Below, piece after piece: positions 19,626-30,164 of a DNA stretch of 64,000 nucleotides (the first letter of the stretch is position 1; each line of letters starts with the position of its first letter). Below the pieces are notes generated by a model. It saw nothing but the letters and a program-made list of their open reading frames with translations. It had not been told where the DNA came from and did not search any database. Both the position numbers and the translations under genes were made by a program. The stretch comes from Minisyncoccota bacterium (GTDB lineage: Bacteria; Patescibacteriota; Minisyncoccia; Phycocordibacterales; UBA9973): contig JBAYKP010000001.1 in NCBI GenBank assembly GCA_041664465.1, positions 4,204 to 68,203 of the forward strand. The letters are read 5' to 3'.

Positions 19626-21014
19626 ATGATAGACAAAAAAACAAACATACGTATCCCTCCTCAGAGCATAGATGGGGAAAAAGCCGTCCTAGGTTCTATA
19701 ATGCTTCGCCCTTCCGCCATCCACGAAATCAATGATATTATAAATGCCGATTCTTTTTATGTTGCTAAACATTCCAATATTTATAAGACAATGCTTGAAC
19801 TTTCAAGTAAGGGCAACCCTATTGACCTACTCTCGGTCTCTCATAAATTAAAAGAAAAAGGAATGCTTGATTCTATCGGTGGCAATAGTTATCTGACTGA
19901 GCTTTCGAATTCTGTTCCTGCTTCTACAAATATTAAATATTATGCTGATATTGTCGCCCAAAAACATATTTTACGAAAAATAATAGATGCCGGTAGTGAT
20001 ATCTCAGAGCTTGGCTTTAAAGATGAAGTAGAAAATGTTTTTGAAATTTTAGATCAAGCCGAGAAAAGAATGATGGGCATCAATAGCAATATGTCAGGCC
20101 ACGCCTTCACATCTCTCAAAGATAGCTTGCCTGAAGCATGGGAAAGATTGGAGAAACTTCATGAGAATAAAGGAGAGCTTCGTGGAGTGCCGACTGGTTT
20201 CCATGACCTTGATCAATATCTCTCGGGCTTACAGAAATCTGACCTTATTATTCTCGCTGCACGTCCTTCTATGGGTAAGACGACTCTCGCCTTAGATATT
20301 GCCCGCCAAGCAGCTATGAATCATGGCACTCCCACAGTTATCTTCTCTCTTGAAATGAGCACCCAACAACTAGTAGATAGAATGCTAGCAGCACAATCAC
20401 GCGTAAATGCTTGGAATCTCCGCACAGGTAATCTCTCTGCTGAAAGTGAATTTGCCAAGATTCGCGACTCTCTTGATAGCTTGTCGAAAGCTCCAATCTT
20501 CGTAGATGATTTGGCGGGTAACTCTATCGTACGTATGCGTTCTGTCTGTCGTCGCATCCGTGCTGAGCATGGCATAGGGCTTATCATAGTGGATTACTTA
20601 CAGCTAATGTCTACTTCTAAAAATTACGACAATATGGTAAACCAAGTAACTGAAATTTCTCGTTCTCTTAAAGCTCTTGCCAAGGAGTTTGATGTACCAG
20701 TTCTAGCCCTTTCTCAGCTCTCTCGTGCTGTTGAATCTCGTGGTGGTAGACCTCGTCTTTCAGATCTTCGTGACTCAGGTTCCATTGAGCAGGATGCGGA
20801 CATAGTTATGTTCATCCATAGAGAAGATATAGGTAAGGACGAAAGCGAAAAGACAAATATCTGTGAAGTTCTCATTGAAAAACACAGAAATGGTCCAGTC
20901 GGTAAAGTCGAATTATACTTCGATGAGAAGACTACGACTTTCGTTTCAATTGATAAATCAGGAATGCATCAGTTTGCACCTACAAATACTGGTGGTGCAA
21001 TAGATCAGTTTTAA
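19626..21014 (+). CDS. dnaB: Replicative DNA helicase
   Basis: AARPSMGKT Walker A, SLEM, DYLQL, LSQLSR and DLRDSGSIEQDAD; start placed 7 nt after TGnTACAAT. Confidence 0.96.
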   Translation: MIDKKTNIRIPPQSIDGEKAVLGSIMLRPSAIHEINDIINADSFYVAKHSNIYKTMLELSSKGNPIDLLSVSHKLKEKGMLDSIGGNSYLTELSNSVPASTNIKYYADIVAQKHILRKIIDAGSDISELGFKDEVENVFEILDQAEKRMMGINSNMSGHAFTSLKDSLPEAWERLEKLHENKGELRGVPTGFHDLDQYLSGLQKSDLIILAARPSMGKTTLALDIARQAAMNHGTPTVIFSLEMSTQQLVDRMLAAQSRVNAWNLRTGNLSAESEFAKIRDSLDSLSKAPIFVDDLAGNSIVRMRSVCRRIRAEHGIGLIIVDYLQLMSTSKNYDNMVNQVTEISRSLKALAKEFDVPVLALSQLSRAVESRGGRPRLSDLRDSGSIEQDADIVMFIHREDIGKDESEKTNICEVLIEKHRNGPVGKVELYFDEKTTTFVSIDKSGMHQFAPTNTGGAIDQF

Positions 21015-21017
21015 TCC

Positions 21018-21036
21018 ACCGAAGCAAGGCTTCGGT
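21018..21036. repeat. Short intergenic hairpin between dnaB and recR
   Basis: ACCGAAGC-AAG-GCTTCGGT perfect stem with no U tract; related to the dapF insert and the 24983 hairpin. Confidence 0.55.
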
Positions 21037-21043
21037 AAACACA

Positions 21044-21658
21044 ATGGATCCAATAAATAAATTAACAGAATATTTCAAAGAATTCCCAGGAATTGGTGAA
21101 CGCCAAGCCAAGCGCTTCGTGTATTTTCTGCTTCACAAGAATCCTATTTATGTGAAAGAGCTGGGAGATAAAATTCTAGATTTAAAGAATACTATTCACC
21201 AATGCCCTTCTTGCTTCCTTTTCTTCCAATCACAAAAAGTGGAGCTTTGCGATACTTGTAGTAATCCAAAAACTGACAAGACTTCCCTTCTTATAGTTGA
21301 GAAAGATGCCGATTATGAAAATATAAAAAGAAGTAAGAATTATAATGGAAAATATTTTATACTAGGTGGTTTGGTGCCAATAGTTTCTAAAGATACTCCA
21401 AACTATGTCAGAACGAAAGAATTACTTCGAAATATTGAACTACAGTATAAAGAATCTGGACTTAAAGAAGTCATCATCGCTTTGTCTTTGAATCCTCAGG
21501 GCGAGCATACAGATATGTATCTAAGAGAGCTTCTTACTCCCTTGCAAGATAAATATAAATTAAACATAGTATCTCTCGGTCGTGGCCTCTCCACCGGCAC
21601 CGAACTAGAATACTCCGACTCTGAAACCATCAAAAATGCTCTCATAAATAGACAATAA
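21044..21658 (+). CDS. recR: Recombination mediator RecR
   Basis: PGIG HhH, C4 zinc finger, YFILGG, Toprim domain and LEYSD. Confidence 0.92.
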   Translation: MDPINKLTEYFKEFPGIGERQAKRFVYFLLHKNPIYVKELGDKILDLKNTIHQCPSCFLFFQSQKVELCDTCSNPKTDKTSLLIVEKDADYENIKRSKNYNGKYFILGGLVPIVSKDTPNYVRTKELLRNIELQYKESGLKEVIIALSLNPQGEHTDMYLRELLTPLQDKYKLNIVSLGRGLSTGTELEYSDSETIKNALINRQ

Positions 21659-21661
21659 TAC

Positions 21662-21695
21662 AAAAAAGGTGTCAGCACGAAGCTAACACCTTTTT
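21662..21695. terminator. Bidirectional intrinsic terminator
   Basis: AAAAAAGGTGTCAGC-ACGAA-GCTAACACCTTTTT between convergent genes. Confidence 0.75.
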
Positions 21696-21700
21696 ATATT

Positions 21701-22564
21701 TTAGAGAATTCTTTTTGAAATAATTTCAACAAAAGTCTTTTCACCTCTACTATTCACTGCATCAACCTTCCAACCAAAATCGGTCGTGGTTAATTTAGTG
21801 ATCTTTCTGTGATAGATACTATTGACGATGATTTCAGTCTCATCTTCATTAAAGTTCCATCTGCCAACATTAGCATTCAAACCATAAGTACCATCAACAT
21901 TAAAATACATTTTCTCTGTAGGATCATATGGAAAGAAATATATCTTGCCGTCGTCTGCTGTAACATTAGCACCAATAACAGTCCAAGATGGATTATTATA
22001 GGTCAGAAGTCCAAGCTTGGACGTACTCCAATCTCCCACAAGAATAATAACTTTTTCTGTTTTTGATCCCCCAGGACCAGTAACAATTAAAGTATATTCT
22101 GTGTTTTTATACAAAGATGGAGTATCAAAAGAATCAGAGTTTTTAACATTTGCTCCATCTAAAGTAACGGAGTTCACAAATCCTGATGCTTCCCAAGAAA
22201 ATTTACTTTTACCCCCAAAAACAATTGGGTCTTTGGAAAAAGATACAATTAAACGGGGAAAAGGTGCTTTGTCTACATCGATGGTAACTGTTTTTGTTGT
22301 TGTACCGCCAGAGTTTACGGCAACTATTTCAAAATTAGTTGTTTGAAATAATACTCCTGTTTCAAACGAGAGTGAAGATGCTTTTCCATTTACGGTAATA
22401 TAATCACCGTTTGTTGAAACGCTTATAGTAGCACTACCCCCGTAAACAATTACATTTGATGGGGTAACATTGAAGCTCAATACTGGCGGAACCAGTATTA
22501 CTGCAGGGTCTTTTTTGCAACTCATGCAAATAACGACCAATACTAAGGCAAGAAAATTTTTCAT
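21701..22564 (-). CDS. Putative lipoprotein: two Ig-like repeats plus lipocalin-like C-terminus
   Basis: Lipobox-like CMSC followed by KKD; two repeats ending GG-T/S-x-T-x-x-V; own TTGACA-17-TATACT promoter. Confidence 0.7.
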   Translation of the reverse strand: MKNFLALVLVVICMSCKKDPAVILVPPVLSFNVTPSNVIVYGGSATISVSTNGDYITVNGKASSLSFETGVLFQTTNFEIVAVNSGGTTTKTVTIDVDKAPFPRLIVSFSKDPIVFGGKSKFSWEASGFVNSVTLDGANVKNSDSFDTPSLYKNTEYTLIVTGPGGSKTEKVIILVGDWSTSKLGLLTYNNPSWTVIGANVTADDGKIYFFPYDPTEKMYFNVDGTYGLNANVGRWNFNEDETEIIVNSIYHRKITKLTTTDFGWKVDAVNSRGEKTFVEIISKRIL

Positions 22565-22649
22565 GGTATATAGTTTTAATTTACATTCTTATTTCAAGTA
22601 TAAGACACAAATAAGAAATTGTCAATACCAAAATGGATTAATTAATCCT

Positions 22650-22687
22650 ATAGTAAAAAACACCTTATTTTAGGTGTTTTTTACTAT
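22650..22687. terminator. Intrinsic terminator
   Basis: ATAGTAAAAAACACCT-TATTTT-AGGTGTTTTTTACTAT perfect inverted repeat. Confidence 0.8.
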
Positions 22688-22699
22688 CATTAAACAATT

Positions 22700-24904
22700 T
22701 TATATAGGGTTATCATAACAAGTAACATTAAATGTAGTATTCTGTGTTAATGTAAAAGAAACAGGAAAAGATGCTTGTGTAGTTGATATACCCTGCCCGC
22801 AAGATCCACCACCTGAACCTGTATATGTACATTCACAATGTGTTGCATTTAGAGGTTTCCAACTAACAGAAACTGTACCACCATAAGAGATATTTGTTTG
22901 ACTAGCACTTACAGTTACCGTCGGCGCGGGAGTTGTTACAAAAATTGGTGTAGATTTAACGATACTACCACCACCTGCATCAAAACAAGTAACTGAATAT
23001 GTTTTATCAGCTGTCGGTGTATGATAGTAATCACCAGATAAACGTGTATCATAAGTACCACCATCTGTAGAAATACAAGATGTTGCGTTAGTGGAAGCCC
23101 AGTGAATATGAGCTTGTGATCCAGAAGTAATAACATTATTATCGGCCCAAACACTCAAGCTAACAGTAGGAGGAGTTGAAACAGAAAAAGCAATACTTGT
23201 CCCTCCAAAACTAGTATTAATAAATGATTGAAAATTTACTTGACCACTGCCACCCCAACTAGGTAATTGATATGAATATGAACCAGATGTTCCACCACCA
23301 GCATACTGACTCAATAATTGAGGTGTTGTCGGAGCTAGTAGACTTCCACCTTGAGCCACTGTTGATTGTATTCCACAAAAAACCGCTCTGCCATCGCTAC
23401 AACCACATGCACCTATGGTAGCACTTGCTATTAAAGTATCGTTTGTCATATAACCTGAGGGTTTATCAATATTTGCACTGTATGCTATATAGCAAGAAGT
23501 ACCAGAAATACTCATAGTCTCATAGTAACTACCAGCATAAGCATTATTTGTAAACAAGAGCGTTCCAAACAAAAATATAAATAATATTAAAATCTTTGTT
23601 TCTATATTGTTGGTTTCAGAATTAATACTTCTTTTATTTTTTTTATACATATATAAGATTATTGCGGCTAGTATTAGTAATATGACAATAATAATTGGAG
23701 CTATATTTGTTGACTTCTTAACTGAAACTGTTTGTATTGTAAAGCTTTTTTCATCAAGAACTTTATTTACACTATCTTTTAAAGTAATTGTTATTGTTGG
23801 ATTAAAACAATTTTTCTTGATACTTATAGGTATCTCTGTTTTAGGTTTTGTTAAATCAAAGACTAAGGGAGTCACAATCTGATTTGAACATTCTTGTCCG
23901 ATACTATTTTTAATTAAAGTTGTAGCAGATATGGAGGCATTATTTGTCGCATCACCTCTCACTAATTTACCTACAATAGAATTCCACAGAAGTGATACAT
24001 TTGCAGTTTCCCCTTTTTGATAATAATCTTTATCCATGAGTACATTACTAATAGTTGCAGAACTTCCCCTGACTATATAAGAAAAACTTACCTTATTTGA
24101 TAAAATATTTCCCTCCTTTAAAGCAATAGTTGCATAATATGTACCTGATTTATCAATATTAGGTAAAGTTATTGAAAATAATTTAGATTCTTTGGATTTA
24201 TAGCTAATTGATTGAATATCTATTGCTCCTAATTCAACTAATTTACCATAAGAATTAGATTCTCTTATTTCTAAAACAGGGTTAACTTGTATTTCCTTAT
24301 CTGAATTATTATTTGCAAAACATGATATAGATATATTTTCATCTATACCTATATCGAGTGGAGGGTTTAATTTATATGCAACTGAGTTTTTCTCTCCAGG
24401 AACCTTAAGAAAACAAGATCCCGAAGAAATGTAAATTCCCTTTTGCGAAGCCTTAATTCTAACAGTTCCAAGAAGTCCAGTACTATAAGGAAATCCTTCT
24501 TCGTTTTTACTTATTATATACAATGAAAATGTTCCATCTAAAATTTCTGGAGCCGTATATTGAATAGTTTTTTTGATAGATGAATTTTCGTATAATGTTA
24601 GAGATTCATTATATATCTTTTCATCGACTGTAGTTTGAATTTTATTTGAAGTAGAAACTAGTTGTACTCCATATTTTACTCCAGTCTGAATTCCCTTGCC
24701 GTTTGAAAGTATAAAAGATATGTCAAATTTATTGTTTTCTTGTTTTACAATTTTAGCTTCATTTATATTTACATCAGCTAAAATTATTGCTTGAGAGGAA
24801 TTGCTGGTAGGTGTTGTGGGGGGGGGCGTCGCTGCGAAAAGTGGAGTGCTGATGAATAGTGATAAAAAAACAACTACGAGAGAAAGTTTTGATATGGTTT
24901 TCAT
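22700..24904 (-). CDS. Large surface protein with signal peptide, internal TM, second signal-like segment and Cys-containing Ig-like repeats (paralog A)
   Basis: 734 aa; N-terminal half clearly paralogous to 35706-37919. Confidence 0.8.
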   Translation of the reverse strand: MKTISKLSLVVVFLSLFISTPLFAATPPPTTPTSNSSQAIILADVNINEAKIVKQENNKFDISFILSNGKGIQTGVKYGVQLVSTSNKIQTTVDEKIYNESLTLYENSSIKKTIQYTAPEILDGTFSLYIISKNEEGFPYSTGLLGTVRIKASQKGIYISSGSCFLKVPGEKNSVAYKLNPPLDIGIDENISISCFANNNSDKEIQVNPVLEIRESNSYGKLVELGAIDIQSISYKSKESKLFSITLPNIDKSGTYYATIALKEGNILSNKVSFSYIVRGSSATISNVLMDKDYYQKGETANVSLLWNSIVGKLVRGDATNNASISATTLIKNSIGQECSNQIVTPLVFDLTKPKTEIPISIKKNCFNPTITITLKDSVNKVLDEKSFTIQTVSVKKSTNIAPIIIVILLILAAIILYMYKKNKRSINSETNNIETKILILFIFLFGTLLFTNNAYAGSYYETMSISGTSCYIAYSANIDKPSGYMTNDTLIASATIGACGCSDGRAVFCGIQSTVAQGGSLLAPTTPQLLSQYAGGGTSGSYSYQLPSWGGSGQVNFQSFINTSFGGTSIAFSVSTPPTVSLSVWADNNVITSGSQAHIHWASTNATSCISTDGGTYDTRLSGDYYHTPTADKTYSVTCFDAGGGSIVKSTPIFVTTPAPTVTVSASQTNISYGGTVSVSWKPLNATHCECTYTGSGGGSCGQGISTTQASFPVSFTLTQNTTFNVTCYDNPI

Positions 24905-24982
24905 AAAATGAAAAATAAAAATTAGTGATTAATAAATTACTCTAAATATTATACCATAAGATGGAAAAGAAAGGTAAATATA

Positions 24983-25013
24983 AACCAGCCCGAAGCATTG
25001 CTTCGGGCTGGTT
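24983..25013 (-). terminator. rplU terminator hairpin
   Basis: AACCAGCCCGAAGC-ATT-GCTTCGGGCTGGTT perfect 14-bp stem just after the rplU stop. Confidence 0.7.
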
Positions 25014-25027
25014 AGTTTTATGATGTT

Positions 25028-25390
25028 TTATTTGATTGCTGAGATTTTGACTTCTACGAAGGGTTGACGGTGGCCATTCTTCTTCAAGTATCGGCTCTTT
25101 TGCTTGTATTTGACGACTGTGACTGTGGGGCGCTTGCCGGCTTTCTGGAAGAGTGATTCTACTTTTGCTCCTGTGATATAAGGATTGCCGATGGTTGTAT
25201 CTACTCCGTTGTCTACCAGTAAGACTTTATCAAAGACAATTTTGTCTCCGACTTTGAAATCCCCATCTAATTTCTCAATTTTAAGGATATCTCCAATAGC
25301 GACTTTGTACTGCTTACCACCTGTAAAAATCACAGCAAATTCTTTACTTTCAGATACTTTCTTTTGGGTTGTTTTTTTAGCTGTTGCCAT
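25028..25390 (-). CDS. rplU: 50S ribosomal protein L21
   Basis: TGGKQYKV and GHRQ motifs. Confidence 0.95.
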   Translation of the reverse strand: MATAKKTTQKKVSESKEFAVIFTGGKQYKVAIGDILKIEKLDGDFKVGDKIVFDKVLLVDNGVDTTIGNPYITGAKVESLFQKAGKRPTVTVVKYKQKSRYLKKNGHRQPFVEVKISAIK

Positions 25391-25489
25391 ATTTATGTAT
25401 TATAGAAAACGCTATATAAAGGTTTTCCACAGGACTCATAATACACAAATATTTTGAAAAAAGCAATAGGGGTTGTATACTATAAGAAT

Positions 25490-26401
25490 ATGATATCAAA
25501 ATACAAATATAAAGGTTTAACTTGGATGGATTTAGAATCTCCCACCGATGATGAAATGGGGCACATAATGGAAGAGTACTCTATCCCCCCAGTTGTCGGA
25601 GAAGAAATGAAGAATCTAAGTCTGCAATCAAAAGTAGACTTATATCCAAACTTTATTTATCTAATATTACATTTTCCTGAGATATCACACAGTGGGAATA
25701 AAAGTATAGAAAAAGAAATTGATTTTATTATTAGTAACGATTTTATTATCACAACTCATTATGGGCCGATAGATTCTTTGCATGAATTTTCAAAAACTTT
25801 TGAAGTAGATGCAATACTTGAGAAGCGTATGGATGTGGATCATGCGGGCTTCTTATTCTTTCATCTTATCAAATCATTATATGTTCATTCTAGATACCAA
25901 TTAAACAGTGTAAACATACTTTTAAAAGATGTTGAGAATAAAATTTTTGGAGGAATGGAAGGAAAAATGGTAGCAACTCTCTCCAACATCAATAGGACAC
26001 TCTTAGATTTCCGCCAAGCGATAAGATTCCATAAAGAAGTCCTAGGATCTTTTGAATTATCGGCCAAGCACTTCTTTGGTGATAAATTTGGTTATTATAT
26101 TTCGGCGATTATAAGTGAATATAATAAAACACAATCAATTTTAGACAGTCATAAAGAAATCTTGGATGATTTACGAGATACGAATGACTCTCTGTTAGCT
26201 AATAAAACCAAGGAAACTATGAAGATTTTGACTATTATTACTTTCCTTATTTCGCCTATTACTATCATCTCTGATATTTTTGTGATAAATAGTAAATTTC
26301 TCCAATCACAAAGTAGTCGGTCTTACTCTCTAGTTTTAGTTTTGATGCTCGTTACAAGTTTAATGGTATTTATTTATATTAAAAGAAAAAAATGGCTCTA
26401 A
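25490..26401 (+). CDS. corA: CorA-family divalent cation transporter-like protein
   Basis: WMDLESP start, TMKILTI and two C-terminal TMs ending KRKKWL; GMN motif not conserved. Confidence 0.75.
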   Translation: MISKYKYKGLTWMDLESPTDDEMGHIMEEYSIPPVVGEEMKNLSLQSKVDLYPNFIYLILHFPEISHSGNKSIEKEIDFIISNDFIITTHYGPIDSLHEFSKTFEVDAILEKRMDVDHAGFLFFHLIKSLYVHSRYQLNSVNILLKDVENKIFGGMEGKMVATLSNINRTLLDFRQAIRFHKEVLGSFELSAKHFFGDKFGYYISAIISEYNKTQSILDSHKEILDDLRDTNDSLLANKTKETMKILTIITFLISPITIISDIFVINSKFLQSQSSRSYSLVLVLMLVTSLMVFIYIKRKKWL

Positions 26402-27774
26402 AAATTTATAATACTCTTACAAGAGCGAAAGAAGAATTCAAACCAATTAAAAGTAATGAAGTGGGTCTGTATACTTGTGGGCCGACTGTTTATAATTATG
26501 CTCATATTGGTAATCTTCGCACTTATATCTTTGAAGATGTGCTTAAACGTGTGCTAAATTATAATGGCTATAATGTAAAACATGTGATGAATATTACCGA
26601 TGTCGGTCATCTGACTGGAGATGGTAATATGGGTGAAGATAAAATTGAAAAAGAATCCAAAAAAGAAAATAAAACTGTATGGCAAATAGCAGAATTTTAT
26701 ACAAATAAATTTAAAGAAGATTTAACTAATTTGAATATTATTTACCCTAGTATTTTCTGTAAAGCGACTGACAATATAAAAGAACAAATAGAAATGATCA
26801 AAGTTCTTGAGCAAAAAGGTTTTACATATAGAACTTCCGATGGCATATATTTTGATACATCTAAGGTGGCGGATTATACCAAGCTCTCACATCAAAATCT
26901 TGAAGCACTCAAAGAAGGAGCAAGAGTCGAAGCCAATAGTGAAAAGAAAAATCCCACCGATTTTGCATTGTGGAAATTCTCCCCTTCTGATACCAAAAGA
27001 CAAATGGAATGGGAAAGTCCTTGGGGTATTGGCTTCCCAGGCTGGCATATAGAATGCTCAGCGATGAGTATCAAGTACTTGGGGACTCATTTTGATATAC
27101 ATGCAGGTGGAGTAGACTTCATCAATCTTCACCATACTAACGAGCTTGCTCAAAGCGAAGCTTGTACAGAAGAGGTGCCTTGGGTAAATTATTGGATGCA
27201 CGGAGAATTCTTAAATCTAAAAGATGGCGAGAAAATGGCCAAAAGTACTGGGAACTTCCTGACGATTTCAAGTGAATTTATAAATAAAAATATTAATCCT
27301 CTCGTATACCGCTATGCGACTTATTCTGTACATTATAGGAAGCAAATGGAATGGAATGAAGAAATAATAAATTCTGCTGTTAATGGTTATAAAAATCTTT
27401 TAGATAAAGTTAAAAATCTTGGCCGAAGTGTTGGTCTTGTGAATGAAGAATTAAAAGAAAGATTTCTAGAAAGTATCAACGATGACCTGAATATGTCTAA
27501 AGCTATGGCAACAGTCGGGGAAGTTTTCAAATATGGTATTTCCAATGCAGACAAACTAGCTACAATACTTGATTTCGATAAGGTTTTAGGGCTTGATTTA
27601 GATAAAATAAAAGAAGAACGTATCCCCGATGAAGTAAACCAGCTTGCTTTAAAGCGACAAGAAGCTCGAAATAACAAAGATTGGGCTAAAAGTGATGAAT
27701 TAAGAGACAAGATTAAAGATTTAGGATTTGAAATAAAGGATATAGACGAAAAATATGAAATAAATAAGATATAA
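26392..27774 (+). CDS. cysS: Cysteine--tRNA ligase
   Basis: [24 protein letters not shown] and KMAKS motifs. Confidence 0.96.
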   Translation: MALKIYNTLTRAKEEFKPIKSNEVGLYTCGPTVYNYAHIGNLRTYIFEDVLKRVLNYNGYNVKHVMNITDVGHLTGDGNMGEDKIEKESKKENKTVWQIAEFYTNKFKEDLTNLNIIYPSIFCKATDNIKEQIEMIKVLEQKGFTYRTSDGIYFDTSKVADYTKLSHQNLEALKEGARVEANSEKKNPTDFALWKFSPSDTKRQMEWESPWGIGFPGWHIECSAMSIKYLGTHFDIHAGGVDFINLHHTNELAQSEACTEEVPWVNYWMHGEFLNLKDGEKMAKSTGNFLTISSEFINKNINPLVYRYATYSVHYRKQMEWNEEIINSAVNGYKNLLDKVKNLGRSVGLVNEELKERFLESINDDLNMSKAMATVGEVFKYGISNADKLATILDFDKVLGLDLDKIKEERIPDEVNQLALKRQEARNNKDWAKSDELRDKIKDLGFEIKDIDEKYEINKI

Positions 27775-27782
27775 ACAGAGTC

Positions 27783-27811
27783 TTGCAATAAAGATGTTTA
27801 TATTCTATAAT
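27783..27811 (+). promoter_or_regulatory. Sigma70 promoter upstream of the trp leader
   Basis: TTGCAA-17 bp-TATAAT. Confidence 0.75.
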
Positions 27812-27817
27812 TAAAAC

Positions 27818-27946
27818 ATAATTAAGCAGGCAAATTATACTAATATAGCATGGTGGACAGCTCACATAAGTGGGTAGTCTTTGTTGTATTTATAATTATT
27901 TCTAAATAATACACGACACCCACATAACTGTGGGCTTTTTTATTTC
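27818..27946 (+). promoter_or_regulatory. Trp attenuator (leader with TGG-TGG, antiterminator and terminator)
   Basis: Frame IIKQANYTNIAWWTAHISG* at 27818-27877; CTCAC/GTGGG pause hairpin; GTGGGT/ACCCAC antiterminator; CCCACA-TAAC-TGTGGG plus T tract terminator. Confidence 0.75.
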
Positions 27947-27960
27947 TTACTTAAAACTAT

Positions 27961-28011
27961 ATGAATAAATTTATTTTTAAACAACATTGTACTGAATTCT
28001 GGCGTAATTAA
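27961..28011 (+). CDS. Possible 16-aa Trp-containing uORF
   Basis: MNKFIFKQHCTEFWRN* between the attenuator and trpB. Confidence 0.3.
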   Translation: MNKFIFKQHCTEFWRN

Positions 28012-28062
28012 AAAACGCTAAGTCTTTACATTACTATTTTAAAAAATAAAAACATAAATTAT

Positions 28063-29268
28063 ATGAAAACACAAATAAAATCATTAAAAAATTTACCAGA
28101 TGAAAATGGATATTATGGAAAATTCGGAGGGAGTTTCATCCCTCCTCAATTAGTAGAACCATTAAAAGAAATAGAACGAGAATATTTAAAAGCAAAAAAT
28201 GATCCAGAATTTCAAAAAGAGTATGCTGATTTATTAAAAAATTATGTTGGTCGTCCCTCACCGCTTTATTTTGCAAAAAACTTAACCGAAAAATTGGATG
28301 GCGCAAAAATTTATCTTAAACGAGAAGATTTAAATCATACAGGTGCTCATAAGATAAATCATTGTATTGGTGAAGTTTTATTAGCAAAAAGAATGGGAAA
28401 GAAAAAAGTTCTAGCTGAGACTGGAGCAGGACAGCATGGAGTAGCCCTTGCCACAGCAGCAGCCTTACTAGGGCTTGAATGTGAAATACATATGGGCTCT
28501 ATAGATATAGCCAAAGAACATCCCAATGTGATTCGTATGAAATTACTAGGGGCTAAAGTTGTAGAAGTCACAAGTGGAGGAAAATGTCTAAAAGATGCCG
28601 TAGATAGTGCTTTTGCAACCTTTATAAATGAGTACCAAACTACTTTCTTTGCTATTGGATCAGTTGTCGGACCGCATCCTTACCCAATGATTGTAAGAGA
28701 TTTTCAATCGATAGTTGGCAAAGAAGCGAAAGAACAAATTTTAGAGCAAGAAAAAAGGTTACCAGATTATGTAATAGGTTGTGTCGGTGGTGGTTCAAAT
28801 GCTATTGGATTATTCCATGAATTTCTTGATGATGAAGTGAAACTTATTGGCGTAGAGCCAGCTGGTAGAGGTTCTGGTATTGGTGATCACGCTGCTACAA
28901 TTACTTATGGTACAGAAGGTGTAATACATGGTATGAAGACAATAGTATTACAAGATGATAAGGGTGAACCAAATAGTGTTCATTCTATTGCATCTGGATT
29001 AGATTATCCAGGAGTTGGACCTATCCATGCTTATCTAAAAGATATTGGAAGAGTCCTATATACTAGCGCAACAGACGATGAAACTATAAAAGCATTCTTA
29101 GAATTATCTAAAGTGGAAGGAATTATTCCAGCTCTTGAAAGTGCTCACGCAGTAGCTTATGTAATGAAGTTTGCTCCAACTCTAAACAAAGATAAAATTA
29201 TAATTTTAAATCTTTCGGGGCGTGGAGATAAAGATATTGATTATATGGCTAAGTTATTAAAAATTTAA
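28063..29268 (+). CDS. trpB: Tryptophan synthase beta chain (stand-alone)
   Basis: [16 protein letters not shown] lysine, [21 protein letters not shown] and LSGRGDKD. Confidence 0.96.
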   Translation: MKTQIKSLKNLPDENGYYGKFGGSFIPPQLVEPLKEIEREYLKAKNDPEFQKEYADLLKNYVGRPSPLYFAKNLTEKLDGAKIYLKREDLNHTGAHKINHCIGEVLLAKRMGKKKVLAETGAGQHGVALATAAALLGLECEIHMGSIDIAKEHPNVIRMKLLGAKVVEVTSGGKCLKDAVDSAFATFINEYQTTFFAIGSVVGPHPYPMIVRDFQSIVGKEAKEQILEQEKRLPDYVIGCVGGGSNAIGLFHEFLDDEVKLIGVEPAGRGSGIGDHAATITYGTEGVIHGMKTIVLQDDKGEPNSVHSIASGLDYPGVGPIHAYLKDIGRVLYTSATDDETIKAFLELSKVEGIIPALESAHAVAYVMKFAPTLNKDKIIILNLSGRGDKDIDYMAKLLKI

Positions 29269-29273
29269 TCTAA

Positions 29274-29310
29274 TATAAAAATGACTAGGTCTTGCCTAGT
29301 CATTTTTATA
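29274..29310. terminator. Bidirectional intrinsic terminator
   Basis: TATAAAAATGACTAGG-TCTTG-CCTAGTCATTTTTATA. Confidence 0.85.
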
Positions 29311-30159
29311 TTATTTAGTTGCATTTAGCTCCATAAAGAATGCTGAGCCTTTACCTTCCCCTTCTGATTCTACCCAAACTCGGCCTTTATGTGCTTCCAC
29401 TATTTGTTTTGCAAGGTAAAGCCCTAGACCAGTACCTGTAGTATTCATGCGAGCTCCATCACCACGAGCAAACTTTTGGAAGAGACTATCTTTTACCTCC
29501 TCGGTCATTCCCATTCCTGTATCTTTCACACAAAATACAACTTTATTATTTTGATTCTTCACAGATACATTTACACTGCCCTCTTTGGTATATTTAACAG
29601 AATTATCTATGAAGTTTATTATAATTTGGCGAATTTTTTCTTTATCGCCATTTACCATAAATGAGGTATCACTATCTTTTTCAAAGTTTAATTTGAGTCC
29701 TTTTTTCTCTGTGGCAATAGAGAAATCTTTGACTTCATCTTCTACAATTATAGATAGATCAAATGGTGCCATTTCAAACTTCATACCGCCTGATTCTATC
29801 TTAGTCACATTCAGCAAATCTTCTACGACAATCGTCAAATTCTTACTTGATTGATACATACGATCAATAGCTTCTTTCGCTTCTTTGGTCATTTCTCCAT
29901 AATCTCCATCCATAAGCATAGAAGCATAACCTTTAATGGCTGTTAGAGGGCTACGGAGCTGATGTGAAGCAAGCGAAACGAATTCTGTCTTCAGCTTATC
30001 GAGCCCCTTCAACTTTTCATTAGCATCTCCGAGTTCTCCATTGAGTCGTTCAATTTCTTTATTTAAATTTACCAACTCTAAATTTTTCTTATAAAGCTCT
30101 TCCGTGGCTTTTTGAAATTCTTCCACAGAAATATGTGTATCGTTTTTTTGATCTGTCAT
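29311..30159 (-). CDS. Soluble histidine kinase with no sensor domain
   Basis: H box ASHQLRSPL, N box NFIDNSVKY, G1 DTGMG and G2 GTGLGL; coiled-coil N-terminus, no TM. Confidence 0.9.
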   Translation of the reverse strand: MTDQKNDTHISVEEFQKATEELYKKNLELVNLNKEIERLNGELGDANEKLKGLDKLKTEFVSLASHQLRSPLTAIKGYASMLMDGDYGEMTKEAKEAIDRMYQSSKNLTIVVEDLLNVTKIESGGMKFEMAPFDLSIIVEDEVKDFSIATEKKGLKLNFEKDSDTSFMVNGDKEKIRQIIINFIDNSVKYTKEGSVNVSVKNQNNKVVFCVKDTGMGMTEEVKDSLFQKFARGDGARMNTTGTGLGLYLAKQIVEAHKGRVWVESEGEGKGSAFFMELNATK

Positions 30160-30164
30160 AAAAA

